From contig CAVSCK010000005.1 of NCBI GenBank assembly GCA_963726455.1, positions 512,001-576,000 of the forward strand: DNA of 64,000 bases, given 5' to 3'. Origin of the DNA: an uncultured bacterium. GTDB lineage: Bacteria; Zixibacteria; MSB-5A5; CAIYYT01. The notes under the pieces were generated by a model. It had not been told where the DNA came from, did not search any database, and saw only the letters and a list, made by a program, of their open reading frames with translations. Made by a program: the position numbers and the translations under genes. Shown in pieces: positions 38,823 to 48,934 of the stretch. How positions within the stretch are numbered: the stretch's first letter is position 1; each line of letters starts with the position of its first letter.

Positions 38823-41123
38823 ATGAGAAGTCTCTATATGACTTTAGGTAAAGTTGTTACGACGGCGTTGGTGCTCTTGCTGCTATTGGCTATGCCGTTG
38901 AGCGCCCAGGGCACGCCGCTCTACCGCAACTTTGGGTCTCTGCCTGAGGTCGATGCGGCCGCCGGTTTTCCATGCTCGATGTCGCTTCATCTAAGCAATG
39001 AATCGGCACTGAAGCAGGTGACGATTCCGCTGAAGATCTACCTTTCAGATTTTATCAATGTCGACTCGATCTCTTATGCGGGGAGTCGCTTTGATGGACT
39101 CGGTGCTGCATCGTCTGTTATCGACAACGTCAATCACACGATGGTGATCGACTTTCTCGCCAGCAGCAAAGACCCCAACACTGCTTCGTTCCTGCCACCA
39201 GGTGTCGGCGATATCGCGACGATCTATTTGAGTGTAGCGTCGAATGCCACGCCGGGTGAAGTCAGAGTCGATACTACTCAGGAATTGTTGGCCTACAGCT
39301 ACCAATTGGTTGATACCAGTGGTGCGCAAGTGGCGGATTATTTCGTGCAGGGTGTGCTGAAGGTCCGCGGCCGGGCGCCGGTGATTCATCTCGAGCCGAC
39401 GGTATTCAACTTCTTCACCGTTGTCGGCAACAATCCGGGACCGGATACGCTGCATATCACCAACCTCGGAGTTGATCCGCTTAACTGGCACATCACTCAT
39501 AAGCCGGACTGGCTGAGTCTGTCGGATTCGCAGGGAACAGCGCCAAGTAACGTTGGCCTGAACCCGATCGTGGCAGCGTTCCCGATCGGCGAGTTGCACG
39601 ACTCAATCGCAGTGACGGATACCTTCGCGGTGGAAAAATCAGTTTGGGCATTCATAAATGTGACAATTACCCAGGAGCCGGTCGCGACTGTGGCGGGCAC
39701 AGTGCAGGATACGCTGGGAGTAAATCTGGCGGGCGCCACGGTGGAACTGTGGGACACGTTCCCGGGCGGCACACTGTTGAACTCGACCACGACTGACGGT
39801 CTCGGCAAGTTCGGATTCCTTTCGGTTCCGAACGGCAACTATGTTCTGTATTGCACGAAGACCGGATACTATCCCAAGACGGAGCCGTTCACGGCGCCGA
39901 ATATGAGTATCCTGGTCAAGCTTACGCCGCTGCCGTCGGAAATTACGACCTGCATTCCTCTCAAGCAGGGCTGGAATTTGATCAGTTGGAATCTCGACAC
40001 GCCGGATGACGGTATCGAGACGATCATTGCGAATATCAAGGGCTGTGTTGATGTAATTATGGGATTCGAGCAGGGCGGCGCGACGTACGATCCGTTCCTG
40101 CCGCAGTTCTCCACCCTGAATGTTCTCGATCATCTGCATGGCTACTGGTTCAGAATGCTGTGCGACACGACACTGTGTGTCACAGGTATGAAGGTATCGC
40201 CCGACACGCCAATCGATCTGGAGAAGAACTGGAATCTGGTCAGCTATCTTCCTGACGGCCAGGACTCGACTCAGAATGCGCTGGCGAGTATGCTGGACAA
40301 ACTGGTAGTGGCGCTGGGATTTGATAACGGCGGCATGACCTATGATCCGGCGCAGCCGAATCTGGCGACTCTGCACCTGATGAAGCCGACTTTCGGATAT
40401 TGGCTGAAGACCACGGCAGCGACGACCTTGATCTATCCGGCGCCGTTTGCGGTGAGGCCGATATTTAACAATAATTATGCGCCGATGCCATCATATCGTC
40501 CGGCGCCGGGAATCACGGCGACTCCGGAGTGGGTGGATCTGTTCGGCGAAGGCATAACACTTGACGGAATCTTGATTCCGGCCGGCGCGGTGTTGGCGGC
40601 CTACGACGAAAACGGACATCTCTGCGGACAGGCGGTGGTCGGTTCCTCAGGCAGACTGAGTTTCACGCCGATATATCGCGATGACAAGAGTACGCAGGCG
40701 GTGGAAGGACCGGATTACGGCGGCAAGATCAATTTGACAATCAATGGCACGCCGGTCGTGCAGTCGGTCACGTTCACCAGTTTCGGCGATCGCATTCGCC
40801 TGACGAGTTTGACCTCGCTGTCGAAGGGCTCGGCCAACGTGCCGCGCAATTTCGAACTGGCGCAGAATTATCCGAACCCGTTCAATCCGGGAACATCGAT
40901 TGAGTTTAGTCTGCCGACAATGTCGCGGGCGACTGTGGAAGTATTCAATGTTGTCGGCGAGAAAGTGGCGACATTGATTGATCACTTCCTGCCGGCAGGC
41001 AGATACACAGTTGACTGGGACGGCCTGAATGCCGACCGCAAGCCGGCTGCCTCGGGAATGTACTTCTATCGCTTGAGCGCGGGAGACTTCACCGAGACCA
41101 AAAAAATGATGTTAGTAAAATAG
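38823..41123 (+). CDS. Secreted multidomain protein: cohesin-like, BACON/Ig-like, carboxypeptidase-regulatory-like, GWNLIS repeats, FlgD/T9SS-type C-terminal domain
   Basis: Signal peptide; PLKQGWNLISW / LEKNWNLVSY repeats; LAQNYPNPFNP...SGMYFYRL...KKMMLVK tail. Confidence 0.8.
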   Translation: MRSLYMTLGKVVTTALVLLLLLAMPLSAQGTPLYRNFGSLPEVDAAAGFPCSMSLHLSNESALKQVTIPLKIYLSDFINVDSISYAGSRFDGLGAASSVIDNVNHTMVIDFLASSKDPNTASFLPPGVGDIATIYLSVASNATPGEVRVDTTQELLAYSYQLVDTSGAQVADYFVQGVLKVRGRAPVIHLEPTVFNFFTVVGNNPGPDTLHITNLGVDPLNWHITHKPDWLSLSDSQGTAPSNVGLNPIVAAFPIGELHDSIAVTDTFAVEKSVWAFINVTITQEPVATVAGTVQDTLGVNLAGATVELWDTFPGGTLLNSTTTDGLGKFGFLSVPNGNYVLYCTKTGYYPKTEPFTAPNMSILVKLTPLPSEITTCIPLKQGWNLISWNLDTPDDGIETIIANIKGCVDVIMGFEQGGATYDPFLPQFSTLNVLDHLHGYWFRMLCDTTLCVTGMKVSPDTPIDLEKNWNLVSYLPDGQDSTQNALASMLDKLVVALGFDNGGMTYDPAQPNLATLHLMKPTFGYWLKTTAATTLIYPAPFAVRPIFNNNYAPMPSYRPAPGITATPEWVDLFGEGITLDGILIPAGAVLAAYDENGHLCGQAVVGSSGRLSFTPIYRDDKSTQAVEGPDYGGKINLTINGTPVVQSVTFTSFGDRIRLTSLTSLSKGSANVPRNFELAQNYPNPFNPGTSIEFSLPTMSRATVEVFNVVGEKVATLIDHFLPAGRYTVDWDGLNADRKPAASGMYFYRLSAGDFTETKKMMLVK

Positions 41124-41181
41124 ATTGCGGAGTACAGCATGCGTCGTTATCTTGAATATTATCATGAGAGGGTATAAAAAT

Positions 41182-42225
41182 ATGAAAGCGATAACTTTGC
41201 TGATGCGATCGTTGTTGATCGTCGCCATGGCGGCAGTGCCGTTGTTCGCGCAGAGTCCGACTCCGACCGACAACTGGACGGATTTCGGAAGCTTCTCGAG
41301 TACGATTAATGGCGTACTGATCCCGGCCGGTACCGAGATCACGGCCTTCGATCCTCAGGGCGTACTTTGCGGCAAGACGATAACGACGGTTGTCGGCCGG
41401 TATGGCGCTTTGTCGGTTTATGGCGATGATCAGTTTACGCCGTCAGTCGACGAGGGTTGCGTGATGGGCGATCACGTCACATTCAAGATCAACGGAGTCG
41501 TTGCCCATAAGCTTATACAGTATGACGACGTGTGGGCCGGCAAGGGACCGACCAGGATCCTCGATCTGGCGCTCACCGATGCCACCACATTCGGTGTTTC
41601 GGCTAACTCGCCAACGGACGGCAAGGATTCTGCCAAGGCAGTCGTGGTCTATCCGGTGACCGCAAACAATCTGGGTAACGGCACTAATCTGATAGCTTTG
41701 TCAATAACCAGTTCCCATGGTTGGACGGTAACCGGCACTGATTCGGCCGGCCAGTATTACCTGTTAGGCGAATCCAAAGTCCTGGGTGTATCGGTGGCAA
41801 TTCCGCCGCTGACTCCTACCGGAGTGCAGGACACGCTGACGGTTACGGTCTACAGCCGTTTTGATGGGCCATCCACGGTTACGCGCAAGATCGTTACGAC
41901 GGTCGACAACGTCACGGGAGTCGACGGCGACAATTTCAATATTCCGGGAATGTTTACTTTGAATCAGAATTTCCCGAACCCGTTCAACCCAGAGACGGTA
42001 ATTTCGTTTTCGTTGGACAAGCCGGGTGACGTGACGCTGGCGGTGTTTGACATTCTCGGTCGCAGAGTGACGACACTGTACCAAGGATACCTGGCAGCGG
42101 GACAACACCAATTCAGATGGAACGGCACCGACGAGTACGCCAACGGCGTCGCGAGCGGTGTGTATTTCTATCGGTTGTCTTCCGAGCAAGTGAGTTTGAC
42201 GCGCAAGATGGCGTTAATGAAATAA
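41182..42225 (+). CDS. Secreted protein with FlgD/T9SS-type C-terminal domain
   Basis: LNQNFPNPFNP...SGVYFYRL...RKMALMK; its N-domain resembles an internal domain of the upstream protein. Confidence 0.8.
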   Translation: MKAITLLMRSLLIVAMAAVPLFAQSPTPTDNWTDFGSFSSTINGVLIPAGTEITAFDPQGVLCGKTITTVVGRYGALSVYGDDQFTPSVDEGCVMGDHVTFKINGVVAHKLIQYDDVWAGKGPTRILDLALTDATTFGVSANSPTDGKDSAKAVVVYPVTANNLGNGTNLIALSITSSHGWTVTGTDSAGQYYLLGESKVLGVSVAIPPLTPTGVQDTLTVTVYSRFDGPSTVTRKIVTTVDNVTGVDGDNFNIPGMFTLNQNFPNPFNPETVISFSLDKPGDVTLAVFDILGRRVTTLYQGYLAAGQHQFRWNGTDEYANGVASGVYFYRLSSEQVSLTRKMALMK

Positions 42226-42251
42226 GAATACCCTCCTTTTTTGTGACAAAG

Positions 42252-42283
42252 AACCCTCGGCTACGGCTGGGGGTTTTTTGTTT
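42252..42283 (+). terminator. Intrinsic terminator
   Basis: AACCCTCGGC-TACG-GCTGGGGGTT followed by a T run. Confidence 0.75.
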
Positions 42284-42476
42284 GGCTGAAGCGAATTTCT
42301 GACCTCACAATCATTGTGTTAGCGAAATCCGCTTGCGATCCGTTGAACATGTGATTATATCGCCAAACCATCGGAGTCAGGGGTGGCGGCGTTACGGTTG
42401 GGTGACCCAGTGCGGCACAACGAAACAAGAGTCAACAGATAGATGGGATGAAACTGAAATGCAAAGGAGTCGTGGC

Positions 42477-43520
42477 ATGAAAGCAAAATTCATAGTCGGA
42501 GCGGTAACGGCGCTGTTGCTTCTGGCAGCGGTGGCGCAAGCCGACATCACGATCAAGTCGACTGTGACCAGCAAGGGGATAGTTGGGCTGACCAACATGG
42601 AGGGTAACACGGAACAGATGATTTCCGGCGGCAAGTCCAAGACGTTTTCGACGATGAAGCTGACGAACAAGGTCATGAAGTTCATGGGCGCGGGCAAGCC
42701 GCAGGAAAGCGCCAGCATTATCCGGCTGGATAAAGAGCTGATCTGGGAGTTGAAACCGAAGGACAAAGAGTACACTGAAATGACCTTCGCGCAGATGAAG
42801 GCGGATATGGAAAAGGCGCTGGCGGAATCGCAGAAGGACAAGACGAAATATCAGAAGGAACATCCGAACGATTCGGTGAGCATCCGCACTGAGTTCAAGG
42901 TAGACAAGACCGGCAAGACCCAGACGATCGCGGGTCAGAACACGAGTGAGACGATTCTCACCATGCTGGTTTACGCCAAGAACGCCGAATCGGGCGAACA
43001 GGGCACGATGAAGCTGACGATGGATTTGTGGCTCGCCAAGGACATTCCGGGCGCCGAAGATTTCAAGGCCTTCCATGAGGAAGCGGCGAGCAAACTTGGA
43101 TTCACCGGCCGCGGACAGCAGAGCATGGACGGTATGCTGACGGCGTTTGGTGTCGATCCGCGTGAACTCTACAGGCACACCAAGGATCTCGAGGGCATGC
43201 CGCTGATGTCGGTCGTGTCGCTGGGAGCGATTCCCGACTCGACGCAAACCGCCAAGAAGGGCGAAGTGAAGGAAGAAAAGAAGGACACTGAGGCAGAACA
43301 ATCGGATGAAGGCAGCAAGGGCGGGGTAACGAAGAAGCTCGGTGGTTTGTTTGGCAAGAAGAAAGAATCCAAGAGCGAGGAACCGGCCAAGGATAGCAAA
43401 GAGCAGCAAGCCGGTCCGGTGTATCTGATGCAGTTCACGACGACGGTAACTGAGATTTCGAAAGCAAGCATACCGGCGTCGGAGTTTGATGTGCCGGCAG
43501 ACTACAAGCTGAAGAAGTAG
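42477..43520 (+). CDS. Secreted DUF4412-like protein
   Basis: Signal peptide; IIRLDK..W.L.P..KEYTEM, KTGKTQTIAG and FDVPADYK motifs. Confidence 0.7.
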   Translation: MKAKFIVGAVTALLLLAAVAQADITIKSTVTSKGIVGLTNMEGNTEQMISGGKSKTFSTMKLTNKVMKFMGAGKPQESASIIRLDKELIWELKPKDKEYTEMTFAQMKADMEKALAESQKDKTKYQKEHPNDSVSIRTEFKVDKTGKTQTIAGQNTSETILTMLVYAKNAESGEQGTMKLTMDLWLAKDIPGAEDFKAFHEEAASKLGFTGRGQQSMDGMLTAFGVDPRELYRHTKDLEGMPLMSVVSLGAIPDSTQTAKKGEVKEEKKDTEAEQSDEGSKGGVTKKLGGLFGKKKESKSEEPAKDSKEQQAGPVYLMQFTTTVTEISKASIPASEFDVPADYKLKK

Positions 43521-43552
43521 TCGCGCATAGCTATTTGCAATTTCCCTTCATT

Positions 43553-43599
43553 GAAACCCGACATTGCTCTTGATCATGAGCAGGGCGATGTCGGGTTTC
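43553..43599. terminator. Long hairpin, probable bidirectional terminator
   Basis: GAAACCCGACATTGCTCT ... AGGGCGATGTCGGGTTTC between convergent genes. Confidence 0.55.
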
Positions 43600-43731
43600 T
43601 CTTTGCGCAGCATTGGTTTAGAAAAGGCGGTCGCGGAGAGTGCATCGTCGTTCCCAATAACACTCTTTTCCACCGTACGCTCCTCGCAATGATAAGGATG
43701 GACTTTGTCATTGTGCACAAGCTGTCATCTG

Positions 43732-44634
43732 TTACTGTTTTCGTTTTTCCTGAAACACTCCCGAACAAACTGCTGTGACCGCAGGATGCTTCACCTGTCG
43801 CTCCGCGGTTACGGCATAGAAGCGCTCAGTAATGTCGGGTAATCTCAGCAGCACCCTCACTCCCAGTTGCCTGCAATAAGTTCTCTCGATTGTAGTCGGG
43901 ACGGCGAAGATACCCATTCCCTCCCGCGCAAACTCCCGGAGAAGTCCATTGTCATCAAATTCCGCAACGACAGTGGGTCTGATATCGTTCCTCTCGAACC
44001 ACTCGTCCAATCCGCGACGCTGTGACGTCCGTCCCGTAGCCAGCAGGAACGGTGCGCCATTCAATGCCCGCAAAGGTTTGCGCCGATATTTAGCAACCAG
44101 ATCTTCAGTCGCCAGCAAACTTGTCCGGCACTCAACCAGCAGATGATTCGATACCCGCACTCCCGCGCTGGGAGGTATCGGCGCATCGAGAAGCAGCAGG
44201 TCGAGCGAATGCGCGGCCAAGTCGATCAATAGTCGCTCAGGATTGCCCTCGCGACAAACGAGGCGCACGTCCTCCTGCAATTGCTCGACCGGCCTGAGCA
44301 ATTGTCTCGCCAACTGCTTGGGGACGCCATCTGCAATGCCGACCGTGAATAGTAGCGGTCTGCCGGTGGGACGATCGCGAACCGTGTCCAGCATCTCCTG
44401 TCCGAGGCGAAAGATATCGTCTGCGTATCGGTACACAATCTGCCCCATCTGTGTCAATCTGTGTTTGCGCCCCGAGCGAATCAAAAGTTTCTCCCCGAGT
44501 GCGGATTGCAGCGTTTGAATCTGCGCGCTGACGGTCGCCGGGGCTAGCCGAAGTTTGGCGGCAGCCGCCGTGACGCCTCCCTCATGAACCGTTGCCCAAA
44601 AGTACAGCAGATGGTGGTAGTTGAGCCATTCCAT
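43732..44634 (-). CDS. nhaR: NhaR-type LysR transcriptional activator
   Basis: MEWLNYHHLLYFW N-terminus, YADDIFRLGQE, VGIADGVPK, AEFDD and ERQVKHPAV, all typical of NhaR. Confidence 0.85.
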   Translation of the reverse strand: MEWLNYHHLLYFWATVHEGGVTAAAAKLRLAPATVSAQIQTLQSALGEKLLIRSGRKHRLTQMGQIVYRYADDIFRLGQEMLDTVRDRPTGRPLLFTVGIADGVPKQLARQLLRPVEQLQEDVRLVCREGNPERLLIDLAAHSLDLLLLDAPIPPSAGVRVSNHLLVECRTSLLATEDLVAKYRRKPLRALNGAPFLLATGRTSQRRGLDEWFERNDIRPTVVAEFDDNGLLREFAREGMGIFAVPTTIERTYCRQLGVRVLLRLPDITERFYAVTAERQVKHPAVTAVCSGVFQEKRKQ

Positions 44635-44647
44635 GAGTTGAACATAC

Positions 44648-44692
44648 TTCGATAAAATCGAATTGTCACGCTTAAACTTCCTTATTGTTGAA
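44648..44692. promoter_or_regulatory. Probable LysR/NhaR operator pair
   Basis: Palindrome TTCGA-TAAAA-TCGAA at 44648-44662 and weaker TTC-N9-GAA at 44678-44692, between divergent genes. Confidence 0.6.
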
Positions 44693-44718
44693 CTGTCGGC
44701 TTCCCCTTATATCGTCGC

Positions 44719-44775
44719 CGGTCGTTCAGAGGTGCTGACTGACTTCGGCAGATATCGCAGCAGGCCGGACGACCG
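44719..44775 (+). ncRNA. Riboswitch candidate resembling the nhaA-I (Li+/Na+-associated) RNA motif
   Basis: P1 CGGTCGT/ACGACCG; internal loop TCAGAGG / GGCCGG; P2 TGCTG/CAGCA; cUUCGg-capped hairpin; lies in a 5' leader next to nhaR. The family match is from memory, not a search. Confidence 0.55.
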
Positions 44776-44803
44776 CTGAGAACAAGCTTGAAGGAGCCCA
44801 GGT

Positions 44804-45085
44804 ATGTTGTGTCCCAGATGTGAAACACCGACAATGGACGAACGTGACCGCGACGGCATAACCGTTGACGTCTGCAAAACCTGCCGTGGAATCTGGCTGG
44901 ATCGCGGCGAACTCGAACGTTTGCTGGCGAAAGCCGACCGCGAGTGGGATCAACGTGACGAACGGGAAGGCGGCGGAAGACAAGAACACGATCATGAATA
45001 CGACGACCGACACGACCGTGGCGCCCAGGGCAAAGGTCACGGCCGCAAAAGGCGTTGGGGCAGTCTTTTTGAAATGTTCGACTGA
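44804..45085 (+). CDS. zf-TFIIB (Zn-ribbon) small protein
   Basis: CPRC...DVCKTCRGIWLDRGELERL; charged tail ending KRRWGSLFEMFD; AAGGAG RBS. Confidence 0.88.
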   Translation: MLCPRCETPTMDERDRDGITVDVCKTCRGIWLDRGELERLLAKADREWDQRDEREGGGRQEHDHEYDDRHDRGAQGKGHGRKRRWGSLFEMFD

Positions 45086-45128
45086 TTGACGGGATGGTAT
45101 TCTGACTCAGGTTATCGAACAAACACAA

Positions 45129-47657
45129 TTGCACGGCCTCACCGGCGAGGAAGCGCAGCGACGGCTCGCCGCTGACGGTCCCAATTCGCTTCCAACCACG
45201 AAACCGCGCAGCATCTTTCGCATAGCGCTCGAAGTCGTTCGCGAACCGATGTTTCTGCTGCTGCTCGCTTGCGGCACACTCTATCTGATTTCCGGCGACA
45301 AAGAAGAGGCGCTCATGCTCCTTGGATTTGTAATCGTGGTCATGGGCATCACGTTCTATCAGGAACGCAAGACCGAACGCGCACTGGAAGCGCTCCGCGA
45401 TTTGTCCAGCCCGCGCGCGCTGGTCATCCGCGACGGCAACAAACTGCGAATTGCCGGCAGCGAAGTCGTCCGGGGTGACATTCTCTTGCTAGCAGAAGGC
45501 GATCGCATTCCGGCGGATGCTTACTTGTTGGACTGTCTCAATCTTTCCGTTGACGAGTCTTTGCTGACCGGCGAATCAGTCCCCGTTCGAAAAAAAGCAG
45601 GCGCCACTCCGGTTGCGATGGAACGACCAGGCGGCGAAGATTCGCCGTTCGTGTACTCCGGCACTCTGGTAGTCAAAGGCCAGGGGATTGCCGAGACCAT
45701 GGGCACTGGCATCAATACCGAAATCGGCAAGATCGGCAAGGCGCTGCAAACCGTGGAGACCGAAGACACTCCATTGCAGCGGGAAACAGGCCGGCTCGTT
45801 CGCAATTTCGCGTTTGTAGGTGCGCTACTCTGTAGTATTGTCGTGGTCGTCTACGGAGCTACTCGCGGCGACTGGAGCAACGGTTTCCTCGCGGGCTTGT
45901 CATTGGCGATGGCAATGTTGCCGGAGGAATTTCCGGTTGTGCTCACTATTTTTCTGGCACTTGGCGCCTGGAGGATTTCGCGTGCCCGCGTTTTGACACG
46001 GCGCATTCCGGCCGTCGAAACTCTCGGTTCCGCCACGGTGTTGTGCGTCGACAAGACCGGCACTCTGACCATGAATCGCATGTCGATACGCGAACTATAC
46101 ATTCTCGGTCAATTCGAGGAAGTGCCTTCAACTCCGCACTCGCTGCCGGACCAATTTCACGAGGTTGTCGAATTCAGCATGTTGGCCAGCCCCGCCGATC
46201 CGTTCGATCCGATGGAAAAGGCCATCAATGAAATGGGCAAAGTGGCGCTGGCGCATACCGAACACGTGCACAAAGACTGGCAGTTGCTGCGCGAATACCC
46301 GCTGTCCAGCGAAATACTTGCCGTGACGCGAGTCTGGCGGTCACCGAACCAAAGAGATTATCTGGTTGCAACCAAGGGCGCTCCCGAAGCGATTGCCGAT
46401 CTGTGCCACTTTACGGAAAAACAGAATGCGGAATTGGGACTGGCAATTGACCAGATGAGCGGCCGGGGTTTGCGCGTGATCGGCGTGGCGCGCGCGCTTT
46501 TCCATGCCGAGTTGCTGCCGCCGGTGCAACACGACTTCGTGTTCGAGTTCCTCGGTCTGCTTGGCCTGGCCGATCCAGTGCGGCCGAAAGTCAAGGAAGC
46601 TCTGGGCGAATGTTATCGCGCCGGTATTCGCACGATCATGATCACCGGAGATTATCCCGGCACTGCGCAAAATATCGCCCGGCAGATTGGTTTGAAAAAT
46701 CCCGACCACACGATCACCGGCCCCGAGCTTGAAAGACTGACCGACGACGAGCTTTCCGAGCGAATCAAGACGGTCAACCTGTTCAGCCGGATGGTGCCGG
46801 AACAGAAGCTGCGGCTGGTGAAAGTCCTCAAAGATATGGGAGAGGTCGTCGCCATGACCGGCGACGGAGTCAACGATGCGCCGGCGCTGAAATCCGCCCA
46901 CATCGGAATTGCGATGGGCGGGCGCGGCACCGATGTCGCCCGCGAATCGGCGTCACTGGTATTGCTCGATGATGATTTCGATTCGATCGTGCAGGCCGTC
47001 CGCATGGGGCGCCGAATTTTCGACAATCTCAAGAAGGCGATGATGTTCATTTTTTCCGTGCACGTCCCAATTGCCGGCCTGTCGCTGATCCCTGTCATTT
47101 TTGAGTGGCCGCTGGCCCTGTTTCCGGTGCACATCGTCTTTCTCGAATTGATCATCGACCCGGCCTGCTCAATCGTCTTTGAAGCGGAAGCCGCCGAGAA
47201 AAACATCATGAATCGTCCCCCGCGAATACTGGGCGAACCGCTGTTTGGCAAGAAGGCCGTGATACTAAGTCTGACACAGGGACTGATCATTCTCGCAGCC
47301 GTAATTGGCGTTTACCGTTGGTCGCTGATCAATCATCCGGAGCCGATGGCTCGGGCGATCGCCTTTACCACTTTGGTGATCGCGAATCTGGGCTTGATCC
47401 TTACCAACCGCTCACAGACGCGCTTTATTCCCGCGACGCTGAAGGTAAAGAGTCCGACTTCCTGGTGGATAATTGGCGGGACGCTTTTCTTCCTGGGATT
47501 AGTCCTGACCGTTCCGGTTCTGCAACGATTGCTGCGCTTCGAGCCCCTGCAGACAATGGATTACGCACGCTGCCTGGGAGTGTCATTTCTGAGCATTCTC
47601 CTGCTCGAATCGTTGAAGTTCCGGTTCGTCAAATCCTGGTTGGGGCTGAGGGTATAA
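45129..47657 (+). CDS. Cation-transporting P-type ATPase (type II-like)
   Basis: LTGES, PEEFP, DKTGTLT, KGAPE, MITGD and TGDGVNDAP motifs. Confidence 0.95.
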   Translation: MHGLTGEEAQRRLAADGPNSLPTTKPRSIFRIALEVVREPMFLLLLACGTLYLISGDKEEALMLLGFVIVVMGITFYQERKTERALEALRDLSSPRALVIRDGNKLRIAGSEVVRGDILLLAEGDRIPADAYLLDCLNLSVDESLLTGESVPVRKKAGATPVAMERPGGEDSPFVYSGTLVVKGQGIAETMGTGINTEIGKIGKALQTVETEDTPLQRETGRLVRNFAFVGALLCSIVVVVYGATRGDWSNGFLAGLSLAMAMLPEEFPVVLTIFLALGAWRISRARVLTRRIPAVETLGSATVLCVDKTGTLTMNRMSIRELYILGQFEEVPSTPHSLPDQFHEVVEFSMLASPADPFDPMEKAINEMGKVALAHTEHVHKDWQLLREYPLSSEILAVTRVWRSPNQRDYLVATKGAPEAIADLCHFTEKQNAELGLAIDQMSGRGLRVIGVARALFHAELLPPVQHDFVFEFLGLLGLADPVRPKVKEALGECYRAGIRTIMITGDYPGTAQNIARQIGLKNPDHTITGPELERLTDDELSERIKTVNLFSRMVPEQKLRLVKVLKDMGEVVAMTGDGVNDAPALKSAHIGIAMGGRGTDVARESASLVLLDDDFDSIVQAVRMGRRIFDNLKKAMMFIFSVHVPIAGLSLIPVIFEWPLALFPVHIVFLELIIDPACSIVFEAEAAEKNIMNRPPRILGEPLFGKKAVILSLTQGLIILAAVIGVYRWSLINHPEPMARAIAFTTLVIANLGLILTNRSQTRFIPATLKVKSPTSWWIIGGTLFFLGLVLTVPVLQRLLRFEPLQTMDYARCLGVSFLSILLLESLKFRFVKSWLGLRV

Positions 47658-47745
47658 AGCCATAATCTTCCGCTGCTAGCGAGCGGTTCTGTCGCGTACT
47701 GCCTGCGGCCTTGTATTCCGGCTCGCTTTCTCGTACTTTACGCTC

Positions 47746-48408
47746 ATGTCGCTCTTGTTCATCTTTACTAACGCCTTCGTAGTCGGGCTGTCGGGCGCGG
47801 TTATGCCGGGACCGCTGTTGACGGTCAATATTTCGTCCGCGCTTAAGAAGGGTTTCTGGGCGGGACCGATTGTCGTGCTCGGGCATGCGATCTCTGAACT
47901 GGCAGTGCTCTTCGGAATCTATCTGGGGCTGACCAAACTGGTCAAGGATCCCCGGGTGTTCTGGTGGATTGCCGTCGTCGGAGGCGTGGCGCTGATATTG
48001 ATGGGAATCCTGATGCTGGTCGACGTCATCCGCAAGAAAGCCCGTCTGGAGTTCGTCAGCAAGAGCAGCCAGACCAACCGCGCCACGATCGTGATGGCGG
48101 GACTGGTTTCGGTGTCGTCCCCTTACTGGATTCTCTGGTGGCTCACGGTCGGCGCGCTGTTGATTTCCCAATCGCTGCAGTTCGGGATTATCGGGCTGTT
48201 CGTCTTCTACATCGGCCACATTCTCTCCGATCTGGCCTGGTATTCGACCGTCAGTTTTCTGATTAGTTCGGGCCGCCGCTTCTTCAATAACTTCGTCTAC
48301 CAAACTTTGATTACTGTCTGCGGAGTCTTCTTGATACTGCTGGGTATTTACTTTATCCAATCGGCGCAGACCGGCGCGTTTCTCGAACATCTGCAAAAGA
48401 TTGTTTGA
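47746..48408 (+). CDS. LysE-family translocator
   Basis: GLSGAVMPGP, GHAISE and PYWILWW motifs; about 6 TM helices. Confidence 0.85.
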   Translation: MSLLFIFTNAFVVGLSGAVMPGPLLTVNISSALKKGFWAGPIVVLGHAISELAVLFGIYLGLTKLVKDPRVFWWIAVVGGVALILMGILMLVDVIRKKARLEFVSKSSQTNRATIVMAGLVSVSSPYWILWWLTVGALLISQSLQFGIIGLFVFYIGHILSDLAWYSTVSFLISSGRRFFNNFVYQTLITVCGVFLILLGIYFIQSAQTGAFLEHLQKIV

Positions 48409-48502
48409 TCGGATTACACCAATTCGGCTTGCTTCACGTCATATCTGCGTGTAGATTGGCTGACAGATTCCATGTTTACCAGTTGGAAGTGAGTAAGAGG
48501 CG

Positions 48503-48934
48503 ATGATTACAAGAATAACGGCAATAGCATTATTGATGCTCGTGATTTTGGTCGGCTGCAGCCGCAAACCGGATAATAACCTGCCCGAGCGTATCGGTGA
48601 CTTGAGAGTCCGCGTGCTCGTGGTCGAGGATCAGGCCGGACTCCCCGGCGTATTTCCGGTCACTGTTGCCGTTTACGATACGTCGCATACCCGCCTAATC
48701 CGTTCCCAGACTATCTCCACCGATACCGGTACCGTGCAAATGGTCGAGTTCAAGGACATGGCGTCGGCCTTCTTCAACGTCCGCTTCACGGTCAACGTCG
48801 ATTCCCTCGGCACTCCCTCCTGTGCGGAGGATATGTCTGTGTTCGTCCGGCTGAATGAAGTGACGACAACACCGGTGCGGCAGATGATGATTCATTATGG
48901 CCGCGCCGACTGCACCGAACTGAACATGCCGTAA
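48503..48934 (+). CDS. Hypothetical lipoprotein
   Basis: Lipobox LVGC; GAGG RBS. Confidence 0.7.
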   Translation: MITRITAIALLMLVILVGCSRKPDNNLPERIGDLRVRVLVVEDQAGLPGVFPVTVAVYDTSHTRLIRSQTISTDTGTVQMVEFKDMASAFFNVRFTVNVDSLGTPSCAEDMSVFVRLNEVTTTPVRQMMIHYGRADCTELNMP

